Origin: Macrostomum lignano
Taxonomy: Eukaryota
Assembly: GCA_002269645.1 (NCBI GenBank)
Contig: NIVC01000291.1
Span: forward strand, 1 to 64,000
Direction: 5' to 3'
Length of the DNA stretch: 64,000 nt
Below the pieces are notes generated by a model. The model was not told where the DNA came from. It ran no database searches and worked only from the letters and a program-made list of their open reading frames with translations. Each line of letters begins with the position of its first letter. The first letter of the stretch is position 1. Shown piece after piece: positions 63,168-64,000 of this stretch. The translations under genes were made by a program, and so were the position numbers.

Positions 63168-63365
63168 ACACTGATCATAAGTCCCAGTACACTGATCCCA
63201 AGTCCCAGTACACTGATCCCAAGTCCCAGTACACTGATCATAAGTCCCAGTACACTGATCATAAGTCCCAGTACACTGATCATAAGTCCCAGTACACTAA
63301 TCATAAGTCCCAATACACTGATCATAAGTCCCAGTACACTAATCATAAGTCCCAGGATCCCAAGT
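63168..63365. repeat. 21-bp minisatellite
   Basis: CTGATCATAAGTCCCAGTACA, about 9 copies. Confidence 0.93.
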
Positions 63366-64000
63366 ACCAGCAGGAGTCCCCCAGCCCTGAGTAGCAAGTC
63401 CCAGCATGAGCTCAAAGTCCCAGTCCTGACCAGCCACCACTCATTCCCCAGCGAGGTGCGCACAAGCAGAGCTCAATATTTTTAAATTCCGCATTCCGTG
63501 ACAAGTTCGCCTGTCCAAATACAAACATAACCTATTCTGCACAGCAATTTACAAGGAGCACCGGCGCTAACTATTAAATTAATGCTGTTTGTTACATATC
63601 AAACATTCTTCATGTCCTGGTCTTAACATATTTCAAGTAGATATGAATATATCTAGTAAGTTAAAGTTACTGTAAGTGAAATTGCAAGGTTTTTTCTGTA
63701 AAAGTAGTTTAATATATAATATTTGTGAACAGTGCAAATAAATTCATTTATATTTGGCAAGCATGTAAAAAGTCCAATTAGACATTTTTCTCAATATAGG
63801 ATTCAGATTTGCGAATAGAGTATGAAAAAAAAGAAATGATAAGCAAAAATAACAGAGCACTGCATTGCAAATCTAAGCTTTAAGGCCGAGGCCTGCCGAG
63901 ACCGAGCCAATGCACGGTGAAAAAAAATGATTGTCTAATCATCGACGAAAACAAAAATGTTAATGTGGTAGTGAGGTGCTAATATGCGTATTGGGGCGTC

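Noticed and set aside
61219-63463. ORFs antisense to or flanking Rap2 (61219-62079, 61823-62572, 62269-62568, 63098-63463)
   Set aside because: Derived from 22-, 30- and 21-bp repeats and from the antisense strand of the real exon.

Overview
Eukaryotic (animal) genomic DNA with no prokaryotic systems. A flatworm origin (Macrostomum-like) is inferred from TTAGGG tracts, GC-rich exons with minisatellite-filled introns, and a Rap2 exon that appears to need a spliced-leader AUG. About 42 kb (~913-42655) is a single head-to-tail train of Helitron rolling-circle elements, all on the minus strand. It contains one near-intact autonomous element (28848-37895; 9-exon, ~1574-aa RepHel with STPR-like repeats, a GC-AG intron and one -1 frameshift) and nine tandem ~1.2-kb non-autonomous partners (family B). 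It also contains large minisatellite-swollen elements carrying a tRNA-derived Pol III-like cassette and telomeric tracts (family A), and ~350-bp elements plus 5'-fragments (family C). Element 5' ends are followed by ladders of 2-6-nt 'stubs' that are prefixes of the termini. The right third holds several MITEs, a 7-exon GFM2 (mitochondrial EF-G2/RRF2) gene at 47483-52796 (+) and a Rap2-like GTPase at 60959-62272 (+). Every identified host-gene intron carries its own minisatellite. All coordinates and alignments were read by eye; no database searches were run.
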